64,000 bases of DNA, from the NCBI GenBank assembly GCA_017522785.1, contig JAFWYF010000004.1, positions 55,480 through 119,479 on the forward strand. The letters are read 5' to 3'. This document shows positions 36,909-46,726 of the stretch, in pieces. The position numbers and the translations under genes are program-made. Position 1 is the first letter of the stretch. Each line of letters begins with the position of its first letter. Under the pieces are notes generated by a model. It saw only the letters and a list, made by a program, of their open reading frames with translations. It was not told where the DNA came from and made no database searches. Origin of the DNA: Bacteroidaceae bacterium. Its GTDB lineage: Bacteria; Bacteroidota; Bacteroidia; Bacteroidales; Bacteroidaceae.

Positions 36909-37008
36909 CACTCGGAGAACTTTGGCAATTGCAAGAATTGCAACAAACAAAGAACTCGAAAGAGAACAGACAAAAAAGATTATTAACAAAATAATTCATT
37001 TATTAATT

Positions 37009-38610
37009 ATGGCAACAATCGATCTTACCAAGTATGGTATTACCGGTGCTACAGAGGTCATTTACAACCCCTCTTACGAGCAACTTTTTACAGAAGAGAC
37101 ATTGCCGGGTCTCGAAGGTTATGAGAAAGGTCAAGTTACTGAACTTGGCGCAGTAAACGTTATGACAGGTGTTTACACCGGTCGTTCACCTAAGGACAAA
37201 TTCATTGTTAAGGATGCAACTTCTGAGAACACTGTATGGTGGACATCTGAGGAGTATAAAAACGATAACAAGCCTGTTACAACAGAGGCTTGGAACGCAT
37301 TGAAAGAGATTGCAGTTAAAGAACTTTCAGGCAAGAAACTTTATGTTGTAGACGCTTTCTGTGGTGCTAACCCCACAACACGTCTCAAAGTACGTTTCGT
37401 GATGGAGGTTGCTTGGCAGGCTCACTTTGTAACAAACATGTTCATTCGCCCCACAGCCGAGGAGTTGGCTAACTTTGGCGAGCCCGATTTCGTTGTTTAC
37501 AACGCTTCAAAGGCAACTGTACCCAACTACAAAGAGCTCGGTTTGAACTCTGAGACAGCAGTTGTATTCAACCTCACAAGCCGTGAGCAGATTATTCTTA
37601 ACACATGGTACGGTGGTGAGATGAAGAAAGGTATGTTCTCTATGATGAACTACTACCTCCCATTGCAAGGTATAGCATCTATGCACTGCTCTGCTAACAC
37701 AAACGAGAAAGGCGAGACAGCTATCTTCTTTGGTCTTAGCGGAACAGGAAAGACTACTCTTTCTACTGACCCCAAACGTATGCTTATCGGTGATGACGAG
37801 CATGGATGGGACGATGAGTCTGTATTCAACTTCGAGGGTGGTTGCTATGCAAAAGTTATCAACCTCGACAAAGAGAGCGAGCCCGATATCTACAACGCTA
37901 TCCGTCGCGACGCACTTTTGGAGAACGTAACTGTTGATGCTAACGGCAAAATCGACTTCACAGACAAGAGCGTTACAGAGAATACACGTGTATCTTATCC
38001 CATCAACCACATCGAGAACATCAAGCCCGGTTCAATGGCAGCTCCCGCTAAGAAAGTTATTTTCTTGTCGGCCGACGCATTCGGAGTGCTTCCTCCCGTA
38101 TCTATCCTTACACCTGAGCAGACTCAGTACTACTTCTTGAGCGGTTTCACAGCTAAGTTGGCAGGTACAGAGCGCGGTATCACTGAACCCACTCCTACAT
38201 TCTCTGCTTGCTTCGGTGCTGCATTCCTTAGCCTCCACCCCACAAAATATGGTGAGGAGTTGGTTAAGAAGATGGAGAAGAACGGTGCTAAGGCATACTT
38301 GGTGAACACAGGTTGGAACGGTACAGGCAAACGTATCTCTATTAAAGATACACGCGGTATCATCGATGCTATCCTCGATGGCTCTATCGATACAGCTCCT
38401 ACAAAGACTATCCCCCACTTCGATTTTGTTGTTCCTACAGCACTGCCCGGTGTTGATCCCGCAATCCTCGATCCTCGCGATACATACGCTGACGCATCTG
38501 AGTGGGAGACAAAGGCACTCGATTTGGCTGGTCGTTTCATTAAGAACTTTACAAAATACACAGGAAACGAGGCAGGTAAGGCTCTTGTTGCAGCAGGTCC
38601 CAAACTCTAA
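37009..38610 (+). CDS. pckA: phosphoenolpyruvate carboxykinase (ATP)
   Basis: Start is set to [11 protein letters not shown] rather than the upstream TTG of the ORF track. Kinase-1a motif [11 protein letters not shown], plus IGDDEHGW and the full-length PckA pattern. Confidence 0.95.
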   Translation: MATIDLTKYGITGATEVIYNPSYEQLFTEETLPGLEGYEKGQVTELGAVNVMTGVYTGRSPKDKFIVKDATSENTVWWTSEEYKNDNKPVTTEAWNALKEIAVKELSGKKLYVVDAFCGANPTTRLKVRFVMEVAWQAHFVTNMFIRPTAEELANFGEPDFVVYNASKATVPNYKELGLNSETAVVFNLTSREQIILNTWYGGEMKKGMFSMMNYYLPLQGIASMHCSANTNEKGETAIFFGLSGTGKTTLSTDPKRMLIGDDEHGWDDESVFNFEGGCYAKVINLDKESEPDIYNAIRRDALLENVTVDANGKIDFTDKSVTENTRVSYPINHIENIKPGSMAAPAKKVIFLSADAFGVLPPVSILTPEQTQYYFLSGFTAKLAGTERGITEPTPTFSACFGAAFLSLHPTKYGEELVKKMEKNGAKAYLVNTGWNGTGKRISIKDTRGIIDAILDGSIDTAPTKTIPHFDFVVPTALPGVDPAILDPRDTYADASEWETKALDLAGRFIKNFTKYTGNEAGKALVAAGPKL

Positions 38611-38630
38611 TAAGTGTATTTTATATACCC

Positions 38631-38666
38631 AAAAACGTCTGTTCAATTGTGAACAGACGTTTTTTT
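38631..38666 (+). terminator. rho-independent terminator of pckA
   Basis: 12-bp stem aacgtctgttca / tgaacagacgtt followed by T7. Confidence 0.8.
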
Positions 38667-38669
38667 GTT

Positions 38670-38677
38670 TATCTTCG
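38670..38677 (+). promoter_or_regulatory. candidate -7 element TATCTTCG upstream of the methyltransferase gene
   Basis: GTTTATCTTCGCAAGC ends 13 nt before ATG 38691, so the leader would be very short. Confidence 0.4.
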
Positions 38678-38690
38678 CAAGCAGGTAGTT

Positions 38691-39860
38691 ATGATAGACA
38701 ATTCAACAAAAAAATTCATTCAGGAACACAAGAAGCACGATGTACGTTCACTCGCCTTGCAAGCAAGGCGATATCCCGACGTGGACATGCATGTTGCCGC
38801 AACTCAAATCGAAGGTTGGCAAACAGCATGTATTAAAAACCCTGCATGGGCAGCCACCGACGGGATTATATATCCTCCACGTATTTCAATGGAGCAATGT
38901 TCCTCGGAGGCCACAGCACTATACAAAGCCTCTTTAGCAGAAGGAGATAGTTTTACCGACCTTACCGGAGGTTTTGGCATTGATTGCAGCTACATGGCCC
39001 GTAATTTCTCTAAAGCAACATACATTGAACGTAACAGCGAATTGTGCAAAATTGCTAAACACAACTTTGCACTGTTCGGTTTACAGCATATAGAGGTTAG
39101 AAACAGCAATAGCGAAGATATTCTTGCGACGATACCACAGCAAGATTGGATTTTTGCCGACCCGGCTCGACGCGATGACATAGGCAGAAAAGTTGTTGCA
39201 CTGAGCGATTGCGAACCCGACATCACTAGGATTGAAGAACTGCTGATGCAAAAAACTAAGAGAGCAATGATAAAATGCTCTCCAATGCTAGACATAACAG
39301 CCGCGTGCAAGGAGTTACATTATGTAAGCGAGGTACATGTATTAGCAGTGAACAACGAATGTAAGGAGTTGCTTTTTATTCTCTCTGACAAAGAGAAAGA
39401 GGGGGTTGAATTACACTGCATAAATTTACAGAAAGAAGGCAGGCAACAGTTCTGTTGTTTGTTACAAGAGGAAGATAACCTACCTAACTACACAGCAGAT
39501 GTAAAAGAATATCTATACGAGCCTAATGTTGCTATTCAGAAAGCCGGATGCCACAATAGTTTGGCAAAATATTACAATTTAAAGAAACTACACCCCAACA
39601 GCCATTTATATACATCGGAAAGATTCATAGAAAAGTTTCCCGGACGGGCATTTAAGGTGGTAGGCGTGAGCCGTTTCTCAAAAAGCGATATAAAAGAGAT
39701 GTTAGGAGAGACTAAACAGGCAAACATAACGATACGTAACTTTCCCGAGAGTGTACAGACGTTACGTAAGCGACTAAAGATAGCAGAGGGTGGCGACATT
39801 TATCTGTTTGCAACCACCCTTGCCGACAATAGCAGGGTGCTTATAAAATGTACAAAATAA
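38691..39860 (+). CDS. class I SAM-dependent methyltransferase with THUMP-like C-terminal domain
   Basis: Start is set to MIDNSTKKF. SAM motif I FTDLTGGFGIDCSY. The acidic motif IFADPARR is typical of RNA/DNA methyltransferases of this architecture. Confidence 0.75.
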   Translation: MIDNSTKKFIQEHKKHDVRSLALQARRYPDVDMHVAATQIEGWQTACIKNPAWAATDGIIYPPRISMEQCSSEATALYKASLAEGDSFTDLTGGFGIDCSYMARNFSKATYIERNSELCKIAKHNFALFGLQHIEVRNSNSEDILATIPQQDWIFADPARRDDIGRKVVALSDCEPDITRIEELLMQKTKRAMIKCSPMLDITAACKELHYVSEVHVLAVNNECKELLFILSDKEKEGVELHCINLQKEGRQQFCCLLQEEDNLPNYTADVKEYLYEPNVAIQKAGCHNSLAKYYNLKKLHPNSHLYTSERFIEKFPGRAFKVVGVSRFSKSDIKEMLGETKQANITIRNFPESVQTLRKRLKIAEGGDIYLFATTLADNSRVLIKCTK

Positions 39861-39887
39861 AAAAGTGAGGCGTCCCCTCACTTTTTT
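39860..39887. terminator. bidirectional terminator between the methyltransferase gene and the S41 peptidase gene
   Basis: aaaagtgagg cgtcc cctcactttt: a 7-bp GC stem extended by A/T runs. Confidence 0.7.
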
Positions 39888-39893
39888 ATTTTT

Positions 39894-41501
39894 CTACTTC
39901 TGTTTCTTGGTTAAAACAGCGTCCATGTACTTCTGTTTCACAAGTTCTAGAGCCTTTCTGAAAATCTCATCGTCTTCGTTTATGATTTCCATGTACTCAC
40001 TCACACTCCATAGGCCTCTTGCAAGCAGGGCCTTCATCTGACGGCGGATTTGTGGCAACGATTTCTGATACTCCTCTTCTCCCGAGAGTTTTACACTATC
40101 CGATTCTCCTCGCAAACGCAGGCTTGTCAGCAGAGCCTCATCCACCTCAAAATTCTTATTGAAATCCTCTTTATTGGGATATTTCTTCATTAAAGCAGTG
40201 CGGTTCTCATCGATATAACGCAATGAGGCCTGCAGAACAGAACCATTACGAACCAAGTCGCGATGATACTTTGTATAGCGAGTGGTATCGAATGGAACAA
40301 AGTAGTCGGGCATAATACCTCCACCACCATAAACAACACGCTCAAGACGTTTTGTTTTCATCATCAATGAATCGGGGAAGTGGATACTATCCTCGCTCAT
40401 AAGCTCGCCACTATTATAACGCTTCATAAGGTCATCGGCATACTGTATTGAATCGCCATAAGGTTTTTGTATGTTGCGTCCCGAGGGTGTGTAATAACGC
40501 GCAATGGTAAGACGTATCATTGAGCCGTCGGGAAGATTAAATGAGCGTTGCACAAGTCCTTTACCGAAAGAGCGACGGCCGACAACTACACCTCGGTCCC
40601 AATCTTGTATTGCACCGGCAAGAATCTCTGCGGCCGAAGCCGAAGTTTCATCGACAAGAACAGCTACGTTACCTTTTCTAAATCGTCCGCCACCTGCGGC
40701 GAGGTAGTCGTAACGTGGGAACACACGACCTTCGGTATAAACGACCAACTGGGTAGGCTGAAGCAGTTCATTTGCTATGTCTACGGCAGCCTGCAAATAT
40801 CCGCCACCATTTCCTTGCAAATCGATTATGAGGTTTTTCATTCCACGCTCCTTTAGGGAGTCGAGTTTTGTAACGAACTCCTGATGTGTGGTTGCACCAA
40901 ATGAAGCAATGCGTATATATCCATTCTTTTTGTCAATCATGTAGGCGGCATCTACACTCTCTGTAGATATTTTATCGCGAGTAACCTCGAAGACCAGTTG
41001 ACGGTCCAAGCCACGACGACACACGTTCAGTTTCACCAATGTACCTTTGGGACCACGCAAACGGGAAACAATCTCGTCGCGACTCATTTCGACACCGGCA
41101 ATTGTAGTATCATTCACTGCTACAATGCGATCGCCTGCAAGGATACCCACTTTTTCCGATGGGCCACCTGCAGTTGTTTGGATAACAAAAAGTGTATCAC
41201 TAACAATGTTGAACTGTACGCCTATGCCCTCAAAGCTACCCTGCATAGACTCCATAAGACGTTTAACCTCTTTTGGATCGGAATATGTAGAGTGTGGATC
41301 GAGCTGTTTCAACATTGCCTTTATTCCCGCCTCTACAACCTTTGACTCAGGAACAGAATCGACATAGAAGCGAGATATTATGTTATTGGAAAACATCAGT
41401 TTCGTCAGTTGTTCGGGCATGCGTATCTCGTTCTGCTGTGCATTCAAAGTGCCTAAGAACAACATCATTGCTAATAGAATTGTAAAAAATCTTGTTCTCA
41501 T
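39894..41501 (-). CDS. S41 family C-terminal processing peptidase
   Basis: Signal peptide ends NA-QQN. PDZ segment GILAGDRIVAVND and catalytic-Ser region VLVDETSASAAEILAGAIQD. Confidence 0.9.
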   Translation of the reverse strand: MRTRFFTILLAMMLFLGTLNAQQNEIRMPEQLTKLMFSNNIISRFYVDSVPESKVVEAGIKAMLKQLDPHSTYSDPKEVKRLMESMQGSFEGIGVQFNIVSDTLFVIQTTAGGPSEKVGILAGDRIVAVNDTTIAGVEMSRDEIVSRLRGPKGTLVKLNVCRRGLDRQLVFEVTRDKISTESVDAAYMIDKKNGYIRIASFGATTHQEFVTKLDSLKERGMKNLIIDLQGNGGGYLQAAVDIANELLQPTQLVVYTEGRVFPRYDYLAAGGGRFRKGNVAVLVDETSASAAEILAGAIQDWDRGVVVGRRSFGKGLVQRSFNLPDGSMIRLTIARYYTPSGRNIQKPYGDSIQYADDLMKRYNSGELMSEDSIHFPDSLMMKTKRLERVVYGGGGIMPDYFVPFDTTRYTKYHRDLVRNGSVLQASLRYIDENRTALMKKYPNKEDFNKNFEVDEALLTSLRLRGESDSVKLSGEEEYQKSLPQIRRQMKALLARGLWSVSEYMEIINEDDEIFRKALELVKQKYMDAVLTKKQK

Positions 41502-41528
41502 TATTATTTTAGTTATTTTGTTTCTATA

Positions 41529-41987
41529 TTATTTAGGGATGAAGTCGCTGACATCTTTGCCATAGGAGATTAGTTCGCGCACCACACTGCTACTTATAGA
41601 GGCATACAAAGGATTACTAACCAACAACACTGTTTCCATGCCACTGATACGGCGATTGACCTCGGCCAAATCGCGTTCATAATCGAAATCTTTCATACTG
41701 CGCACACCACGTAGCAAACAGCATGCTCCAATCCCTTTTGCATAATCTACTGTAAGCCCCTCGTAAGCTACCACTGAAACACGTGGTTCATTGGCATATA
41801 GCGAACGTATAGCCAACAAACGTTCATCGAGAGAAGACATTGCCTGTTTTGCACTATTTGACCCTATGGCCACGACTACCTCGTCGAACATGGCAAGAGC
41901 TCGTTTCACAATATCGTGATGCCCGATTGTAAAGGGGTCGAATGTGCCGGCAAACAGAGCTAAGCGATTTTCTTTAGAGTGTTTCAT
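41529..41987 (-). CDS. coaD: phosphopantetheine adenylyltransferase
   Basis: Start is set to [27 protein letters not shown] (the T/HxGH motif). It overlaps the parE stop by 14 nt. Confidence 0.9.
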   Translation of the reverse strand: MKHSKENRLALFAGTFDPFTIGHHDIVKRALAMFDEVVVAIGSNSAKQAMSSLDERLLAIRSLYANEPRVSVVAYEGLTVDYAKGIGACCLLRGVRSMKDFDYERDLAEVNRRISGMETVLLVSNPLYASISSSVVRELISYGKDVSDFIPK

Positions 41988-43926
41988 TTGCCTTATCCTC
42001 CTCAACAACCAAATTGTCTATTATAAAATTCTGACGCTCCATAGTATTCTTACCCATGTAATAGCTGAGCAGGTCCTCGACCTTGTCGTCTTTGTGCAAA
42101 GTAACACGCTCCAAACGCATATCAGGGCCTATAAAATTACGGAACTCATCGGGCGATATCTCTCCAAGACCTTTAAATCGGGTTATTTCGGGATTAGGAG
42201 ATAGTTTCTCAATTGCAGCAACACGCTCTTCTTCGGAGTAGCAATATATTGTTTCGAAATCGCCCTTACCCTTAGCCTCTTCGGACGCTTTCTTACCACG
42301 AGCAACCTTGCGTTTGTTACGTACACGGAATAGCGGTGTCTGCAATATATATACATGCCCTTTCTTTATTAGTTCGGGGAAGAATTGCAAGAAGAATGTT
42401 ATCATTAGCAAACGTATGTGCATACCATCTACATCGGCATCGGTAGCCACAATCACCTTGTTGTAACGCAAGCCTTCGAGGCCATCTTCGATGTTCAATG
42501 CTGCTTGCAAAAGATTGAATTCCTCATTCTGATACACAACAGCCCTACTCAAGCCAAAGCAGTTCAAAGGCTTTCCACGCAGACTGAATACTGCTTGCGT
42601 ATTGGCATCGCGACTCTTTGTGATTGAGCCACTTGCAGAATCACCCTCGGTGATGAATATACAACTGTCATCCATGCGGTCGCCTTTGGTGTCGTTGAAG
42701 TGTATGCGACAATCGCGTAGTTTGCGGTTGTGCATATTCACTTTTTTGGCCTTTTCACGCACCTGTTTTGTTAAACCTGCCAACTCCTTGCGCTCCTTTT
42801 CAGAAGCCATGATTTTTGTTAGCATCACATCACTTATTTCGGGGTTGCGATGCAAGAAGTTATCGAGTTCCACTTTCACAAAATCACCAATAAATTTCTT
42901 TACACTGGTGCTGTTCTCGTCGGGAGCAATGCGCAACGAACCAAGTTTCACTTTTGTCTGGCTCTCAAACACCGGCTCCTGAACATTTATTGCAATGGCT
43001 GCAACAATTCCGTTACGTATATCGCTGTACTCAAAGTTCTTTGCGCTAAAAAAGTCGTGTATAGTAGAAGCGACAAGTTCTTTGAACGCGCTCTGATGTG
43101 TTCCACCTTGTGGTGTGTACTGACCATTAACAAAAGAGTAGTACTCCTCGCCATACTGTGCCGCATGAGTAAAGGCTATCTCGATGTCCTCGCCTTTAAG
43201 ATGTATTATAGGATAGAGGCTTTCGGCTGTAACATTGTCGGTAAGTAGGTCGGCCAAACCATTACGCGACAAGATACGTCGGCCGTTAAACATTATTGTG
43301 AGACCTGTGTTCAGATAGGTATAGTTACGCAACAGAGTCTCTATAAAAGCCTGACGATATTCGTAATTGGGGAATAGCTTGTTATCGGGGGTGAATGAGA
43401 TTAATGTACCTGTCTCTTCGGCACTTTTTTCTGTTATATCGGTTTGTTTGACACCCGAAGCAAATGTTGCTGCACGCATCATGCCATCGCGGTAACTACG
43501 GACCTCGAAACGGGTACTTAAAGCATTTACAGCTTTTAGACCGACACCATTCAAACCTACAGATTTTTTAAATGCCTTGCTATCGTATTTGCCACCGGTG
43601 TTCAGCATGCTCACAGCCTCAATCATTTTTCCTTGTGGTATACCACGACCGTAGTCGCGCACCGTTACCGAGTGGTTATCCTCGATATCAATCTCTATGC
43701 GACGACCTGCACTCATTTTGAATTCATCGATACTATTGTCGATAACCTCCTTTAAAAGTACATATATGCCATCGTCGCTTTGCGAGCCATCGCCTAGTTT
43801 TCCGATGTACATACCCGGACGAGTACGTATATGCTCCATATCATCGAGATGACGTATATTGTCGTCGGTATATTCTACCTGTTGCTGTAATATATCCTCG
43901 TTAATCAACAAGTTTTCTTCGTCCAT
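41974..43926 (-). CDS. parE: type IIA topoisomerase B subunit, most likely topoisomerase IV subunit B
   Basis: GHKL ATPase block ([30 protein letters not shown]), Toprim block ([20 protein letters not shown]). At 650 aa and with this N-terminal pattern it looks like Bacteroidales ParE rather than GyrB; that distinction is an inference. Confidence 0.75.
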   Translation of the reverse strand: MDEENLLINEDILQQQVEYTDDNIRHLDDMEHIRTRPGMYIGKLGDGSQSDDGIYVLLKEVIDNSIDEFKMSAGRRIEIDIEDNHSVTVRDYGRGIPQGKMIEAVSMLNTGGKYDSKAFKKSVGLNGVGLKAVNALSTRFEVRSYRDGMMRAATFASGVKQTDITEKSAEETGTLISFTPDNKLFPNYEYRQAFIETLLRNYTYLNTGLTIMFNGRRILSRNGLADLLTDNVTAESLYPIIHLKGEDIEIAFTHAAQYGEEYYSFVNGQYTPQGGTHQSAFKELVASTIHDFFSAKNFEYSDIRNGIVAAIAINVQEPVFESQTKVKLGSLRIAPDENSTSVKKFIGDFVKVELDNFLHRNPEISDVMLTKIMASEKERKELAGLTKQVREKAKKVNMHNRKLRDCRIHFNDTKGDRMDDSCIFITEGDSASGSITKSRDANTQAVFSLRGKPLNCFGLSRAVVYQNEEFNLLQAALNIEDGLEGLRYNKVIVATDADVDGMHIRLLMITFFLQFFPELIKKGHVYILQTPLFRVRNKRKVARGKKASEEAKGKGDFETIYCYSEEERVAAIEKLSPNPEITRFKGLGEISPDEFRNFIGPDMRLERVTLHKDDKVEDLLSYYMGKNTMERQNFIIDNLVVEEDKANETL

Positions 43927-43958
43927 ACCGTTTTCTATTATATGTTATTTCAAACAGT

Positions 43959-45092
43959 TTATACAATCTCTTTCTTGTATGCTCTGCGTCGCTTGTGCTG
44001 GTCTTTCTCGAACATTTGCCACTGCGACTGTATTTTCTCGTTTGTCTCCAGTTCGGGATTACTTTCTATGTCCACTACACCCATCTCCAAATAGCGTGGC
44101 AAAAGGTCATTGATAATCAATGCATTCACTCCCTTACTCTGATATTCAGGTTTCACAGCCATGAGTAGAAAATCGAGGTGTTTTGGATTGCGTGCAAGGA
44201 GAGGCTTTAGGAAATGTATCCACCCGAATGGGAACAGATGTCCTTTGGATTTTTGCAAAGCCTCGGTAAATGATGTGAGACTCACGCCTATTCCTACCAA
44301 GTTGTCATTTTCATCGGCAACCAACGAAATTAGGCGCAAATCGATTAGTGGTATATACATTTTAATGAATTGCGCTATTTGTGCTTTGCTCAGCGGAGAA
44401 TAGCCATAAAGAGGCGAATAAGCCTCATTCACAAGTTCAAAAAGCGCCTCACCATATTGTTTCGCCAATTTGCCACGCGATTTACAATGCACTACATGCA
44501 AATTATAACGACGCGCAACAAGAGCCGACAAACGTTCGGCTTTTGGCCAATTCTCTTTGGGTACGGTAAAGAGATACTCTACCCAATCGATATCTTTCAC
44601 ATAGCCCAACTGCTCCATGTGAACCGGATAATAGGGATAGTTATAGATTGTGGCCATTGTACCTACTCTATCGAAGCCATCTATTAGCATGCCTTCGGGG
44701 TCGAAATCGGTAAAACCCAAAGGACCCTGCACCTCGTTCATGCCACGCTCCTTTCCCCAAGCCTCAACAGTGTCTAACAACGCTTTTGAAACCTCTTTAT
44801 CGTCGATAAAATCTATCCAGCCAAAGCGTACCGCTTTCACATTCCATTTCTCGTTTGCACGATTATTTATGATTGCCGCAACCCTGCCCACGATTTTATT
44901 ATCGCGCATTGCCAAGAAGTAATCGGCATCACAAAATTCAAAAGCGGCGTTACGGTCTTTTCTAAGAGTAGTCAATACATCCTCATAAAGGTCGGGTACA
45001 GCATATTTATTACCCTTATATAGTTCGTTATTAAAACGAACAAACTTTTTGAGTTCTTTGAGTGTAGTTACTTTAACTATTTCTACAGACAT
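43959..45092 (-). CDS. GNAT-like N-acetyltransferase family protein (function unknown)
   Basis: 377 aa. The N-terminal pattern FVRFNNELYKGNKYAVPDL ... IVGRVAAIIN recalls a conserved Bacteroidales GNAT-fold family. The call is weak. Confidence 0.5.
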   Translation of the reverse strand: MSVEIVKVTTLKELKKFVRFNNELYKGNKYAVPDLYEDVLTTLRKDRNAAFEFCDADYFLAMRDNKIVGRVAAIINNRANEKWNVKAVRFGWIDFIDDKEVSKALLDTVEAWGKERGMNEVQGPLGFTDFDPEGMLIDGFDRVGTMATIYNYPYYPVHMEQLGYVKDIDWVEYLFTVPKENWPKAERLSALVARRYNLHVVHCKSRGKLAKQYGEALFELVNEAYSPLYGYSPLSKAQIAQFIKMYIPLIDLRLISLVADENDNLVGIGVSLTSFTEALQKSKGHLFPFGWIHFLKPLLARNPKHLDFLLMAVKPEYQSKGVNALIINDLLPRYLEMGVVDIESNPELETNEKIQSQWQMFEKDQHKRRRAYKKEIV

Positions 45093-45249
45093 GTGAAAGT
45101 ATTTATTCTAAAATTATGGCGAATATACGAAAAAAACGAGAGATATATAAAGCAGTTACTGTAAAAATTTACAACATCTGCTTTATATATTCTATTTTGG
45201 AATTTAATTCCTATAACGATTACTATATTTTGAATTACAGACAAGGAAA

Positions 45250-46203
45250 TCAGCGCATAAGCAGATAGGCTGTATATAAAACATAACCGATAAGGAGCAC
45301 AGCTCCTTCCCAACGATTTATTACACTCTTGCCCCAAAAACGTCCGACACAATATATTAGTAGCGAGGATGCGATGAGAACATAATAATCGACACAACTG
45401 AAGCCTGTGAGTGCTATTGGAGTTATGGTTGCACTACAACCAAGAATAAAGAATATATTGATTATATTGCTACCAAGTACATTACCGAGCGCAATACCTA
45501 CATTCCCTTTTCGAGCCGCACTAACCGACACCGCAAGTTCCGGCAATGAACTGCCGGCCGAAACTATAGTTATTCCTATAACAGCCTCGGAAAGCCCTAA
45601 CACTGTTGCTATTTCCACTGCCCCATCGACAAACAGATTTCCACCAAAAATCAGAGCAGCAAGACCACCTACAATAAACAATACGATTTTTAGCACCGAT
45701 AGAGGTTGAACCGGAGCATCATCTTCTCCATCACTTGGAATGGAAAAAGTATAGCGTATGAACACTGCCAAAAAGCAAAGTAGTATGAGACCGCCACTGC
45801 GCGTTATATACTCACCATCGGCACCACCCATGAGCATACTACCCGACACCAGCAACAACACAATTGATGCCAACATATTGAATGGCAATTCACGTGTAAG
45901 CATTCTTGCATTGAACTTAACCGGTGTAATTAGCGCAGTAGTTCCAAGGATGAGCATCCCATTAAAGATGTTACTACCCAGAATATTACCCAACGAGATA
46001 CCCGAATTACCTTTAATTGCCGACCCTACACTTATGACAAACTCGGGCAACGAAGTTCCCAAAGCAACAATTGTAAGACCTATTACAAGCTCACTTATAT
46101 TAAAACGACGCGCCAACCCAGAGGCCCCTTTTGTAAGCCAGTCGGCGCCTAATATAACAAGAACTATTCCTGCTACAAAACATAAGACAGAGAGTATCAT
46201 CAA
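45250..46203 (-). CDS. calcium/sodium (CaCA family, YrbG-like) antiporter
   Basis: 317 aa, about 10 TM segments, with two alpha-repeats: GTSLPEF ... GNILGSNIFN and GSSLPEL ... GNVLGSNIIN. Confidence 0.85.
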   Translation of the reverse strand: MMILSVLCFVAGIVLVILGADWLTKGASGLARRFNISELVIGLTIVALGTSLPEFVISVGSAIKGNSGISLGNILGSNIFNGMLILGTTALITPVKFNARMLTRELPFNMLASIVLLLVSGSMLMGGADGEYITRSGGLILLCFLAVFIRYTFSIPSDGEDDAPVQPLSVLKIVLFIVGGLAALIFGGNLFVDGAVEIATVLGLSEAVIGITIVSAGSSLPELAVSVSAARKGNVGIALGNVLGSNIINIFFILGCSATITPIALTGFSCVDYYVLIASSLLIYCVGRFWGKSVINRWEGAVLLIGYVLYTAYLLMR

Positions 46204-46222
46204 AGTATTTTTTTATTCTGCG

Positions 46223-46230
46223 CGAAGATA
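46223..46230 (-). promoter_or_regulatory. candidate -7 element TATCTTCG upstream of the antiporter gene
   Basis: Minus-strand CTTATCTTCGCGCAG 20 nt upstream of the start. Confidence 0.4.
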
Positions 46231-46260
46231 AGAAAAAATACCGTTATACTCAACTATTAA

Positions 46261-46410
46261 TTAGGGCCATATATTACTCCAATCATCGGCATGATTGTTT
46301 TCTTTTTCCGGCAGACGCAAACCTTGTACTCGTGCTGTATCCGATGCTGCCAACATCTGTTCAACATGAAACTCAACAACCCGGATAGACATCTTTTTGT
46401 ATTTTCTCAT
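46261..46410 (-). CDS. small ORF (49 aa), paralog of the ORF at 46562-46717; not in the ORF track
   Basis: Hand translation gives MRKYKKMSIRVVEFHVEQMLAASDTARVQGLRLPEKENNHADDWSNIWP. It shares M[KR]KY.K, V.E, LAAS and a W..IW C-terminus with the neighbouring small ORF. Confidence 0.4.
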   Translation of the reverse strand: MRKYKKMSIRVVEFHVEQMLAASDTARVQGLRLPEKENNHADDWSNIWP

Positions 46411-46491
46411 AAAAAATCTCTTTTACATTACTACTGCTATAATACACATTACAAACAACAGCCAAGAGATTTACTTTGTTTTAGAGAGCAA

Positions 46492-46540
46492 CAACGAAAA
46501 AAACAAAAAAAATGTGATAGAAACACATTTCTATCACATT
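46492..46540 (-). terminator. rho-independent terminator after the upstream small ORF
   Basis: 13-bp stem aatgtgatagaaa / tttctatcacatt with loop caca, followed on the minus strand by TTTTTTTTGTTTTTTT. Confidence 0.7.
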
Positions 46541-46561
46541 TTTCATCTATTTCAAACAAGC

Positions 46562-46717
46562 TTATTCACTCCAAATATCTCCCCATGTTCCTCGTCTTTC
46601 TATTGAGCGGTCGGCATTGGAATCTGTAACACCGCCAACACCAATAGAGGCCGCCAAAAGAGCCGTTTCCACCTCGGATATTACCATTTCGGGTTTCTCA
46701 TATTTTTTCATCATCAT
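46562..46717 (-). CDS. small ORF (51 aa; 49 if started at the third Met), possibly co-transcribed with the T9SS cargo gene; not in the ORF track
   Basis: Hand translation gives MMMKKYEKPEMVISEVETALLAASIGVGGVTDSNADRSIERRGTWGDIWSE. It starts 9 nt after the upstream stop codon, in the same frame, and is followed by a strong terminator. Confidence 0.45.
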   Translation of the reverse strand: MMMKKYEKPEMVISEVETALLAASIGVGGVTDSNADRSIERRGTWGDIWSE

Positions 46718-46726
46718 TCCAATATT

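Noticed and set aside
36922-37008. The TTG-initiated N-terminal extension of pckA in the ORF track. Similar upstream extensions exist for argB (61255), the ABC-F gene (10826), coaD (42008), rplS (32584), topA (56550), lolD (28601), the YgjP-like gene (62108), the MFP gene (4252) and the exported basic protein (29361).
   Set aside because: In each case an internal ATG gives the canonical N-terminus of the family, or a proper signal peptide or lipobox, and removes long overlaps with the neighbouring gene.
45083-45397. The 104-aa minus-strand ORF spanning the 3' end of the antiporter gene and the spacer.
   Set aside because: It overlaps the well-supported CaCA gene in another frame, and its translation is low-complexity.
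46291-46629. The 112-aa plus-strand ORF, and the 69-aa ORF at 46397-46606, in the spacer between the antiporter and the T9SS cargo gene.
   Set aside because: The translation is low-complexity and crosses a strong minus-strand terminator. The minus-strand small ORFs show paralog conservation with synonymous codon changes, which the plus-strand frames lack.
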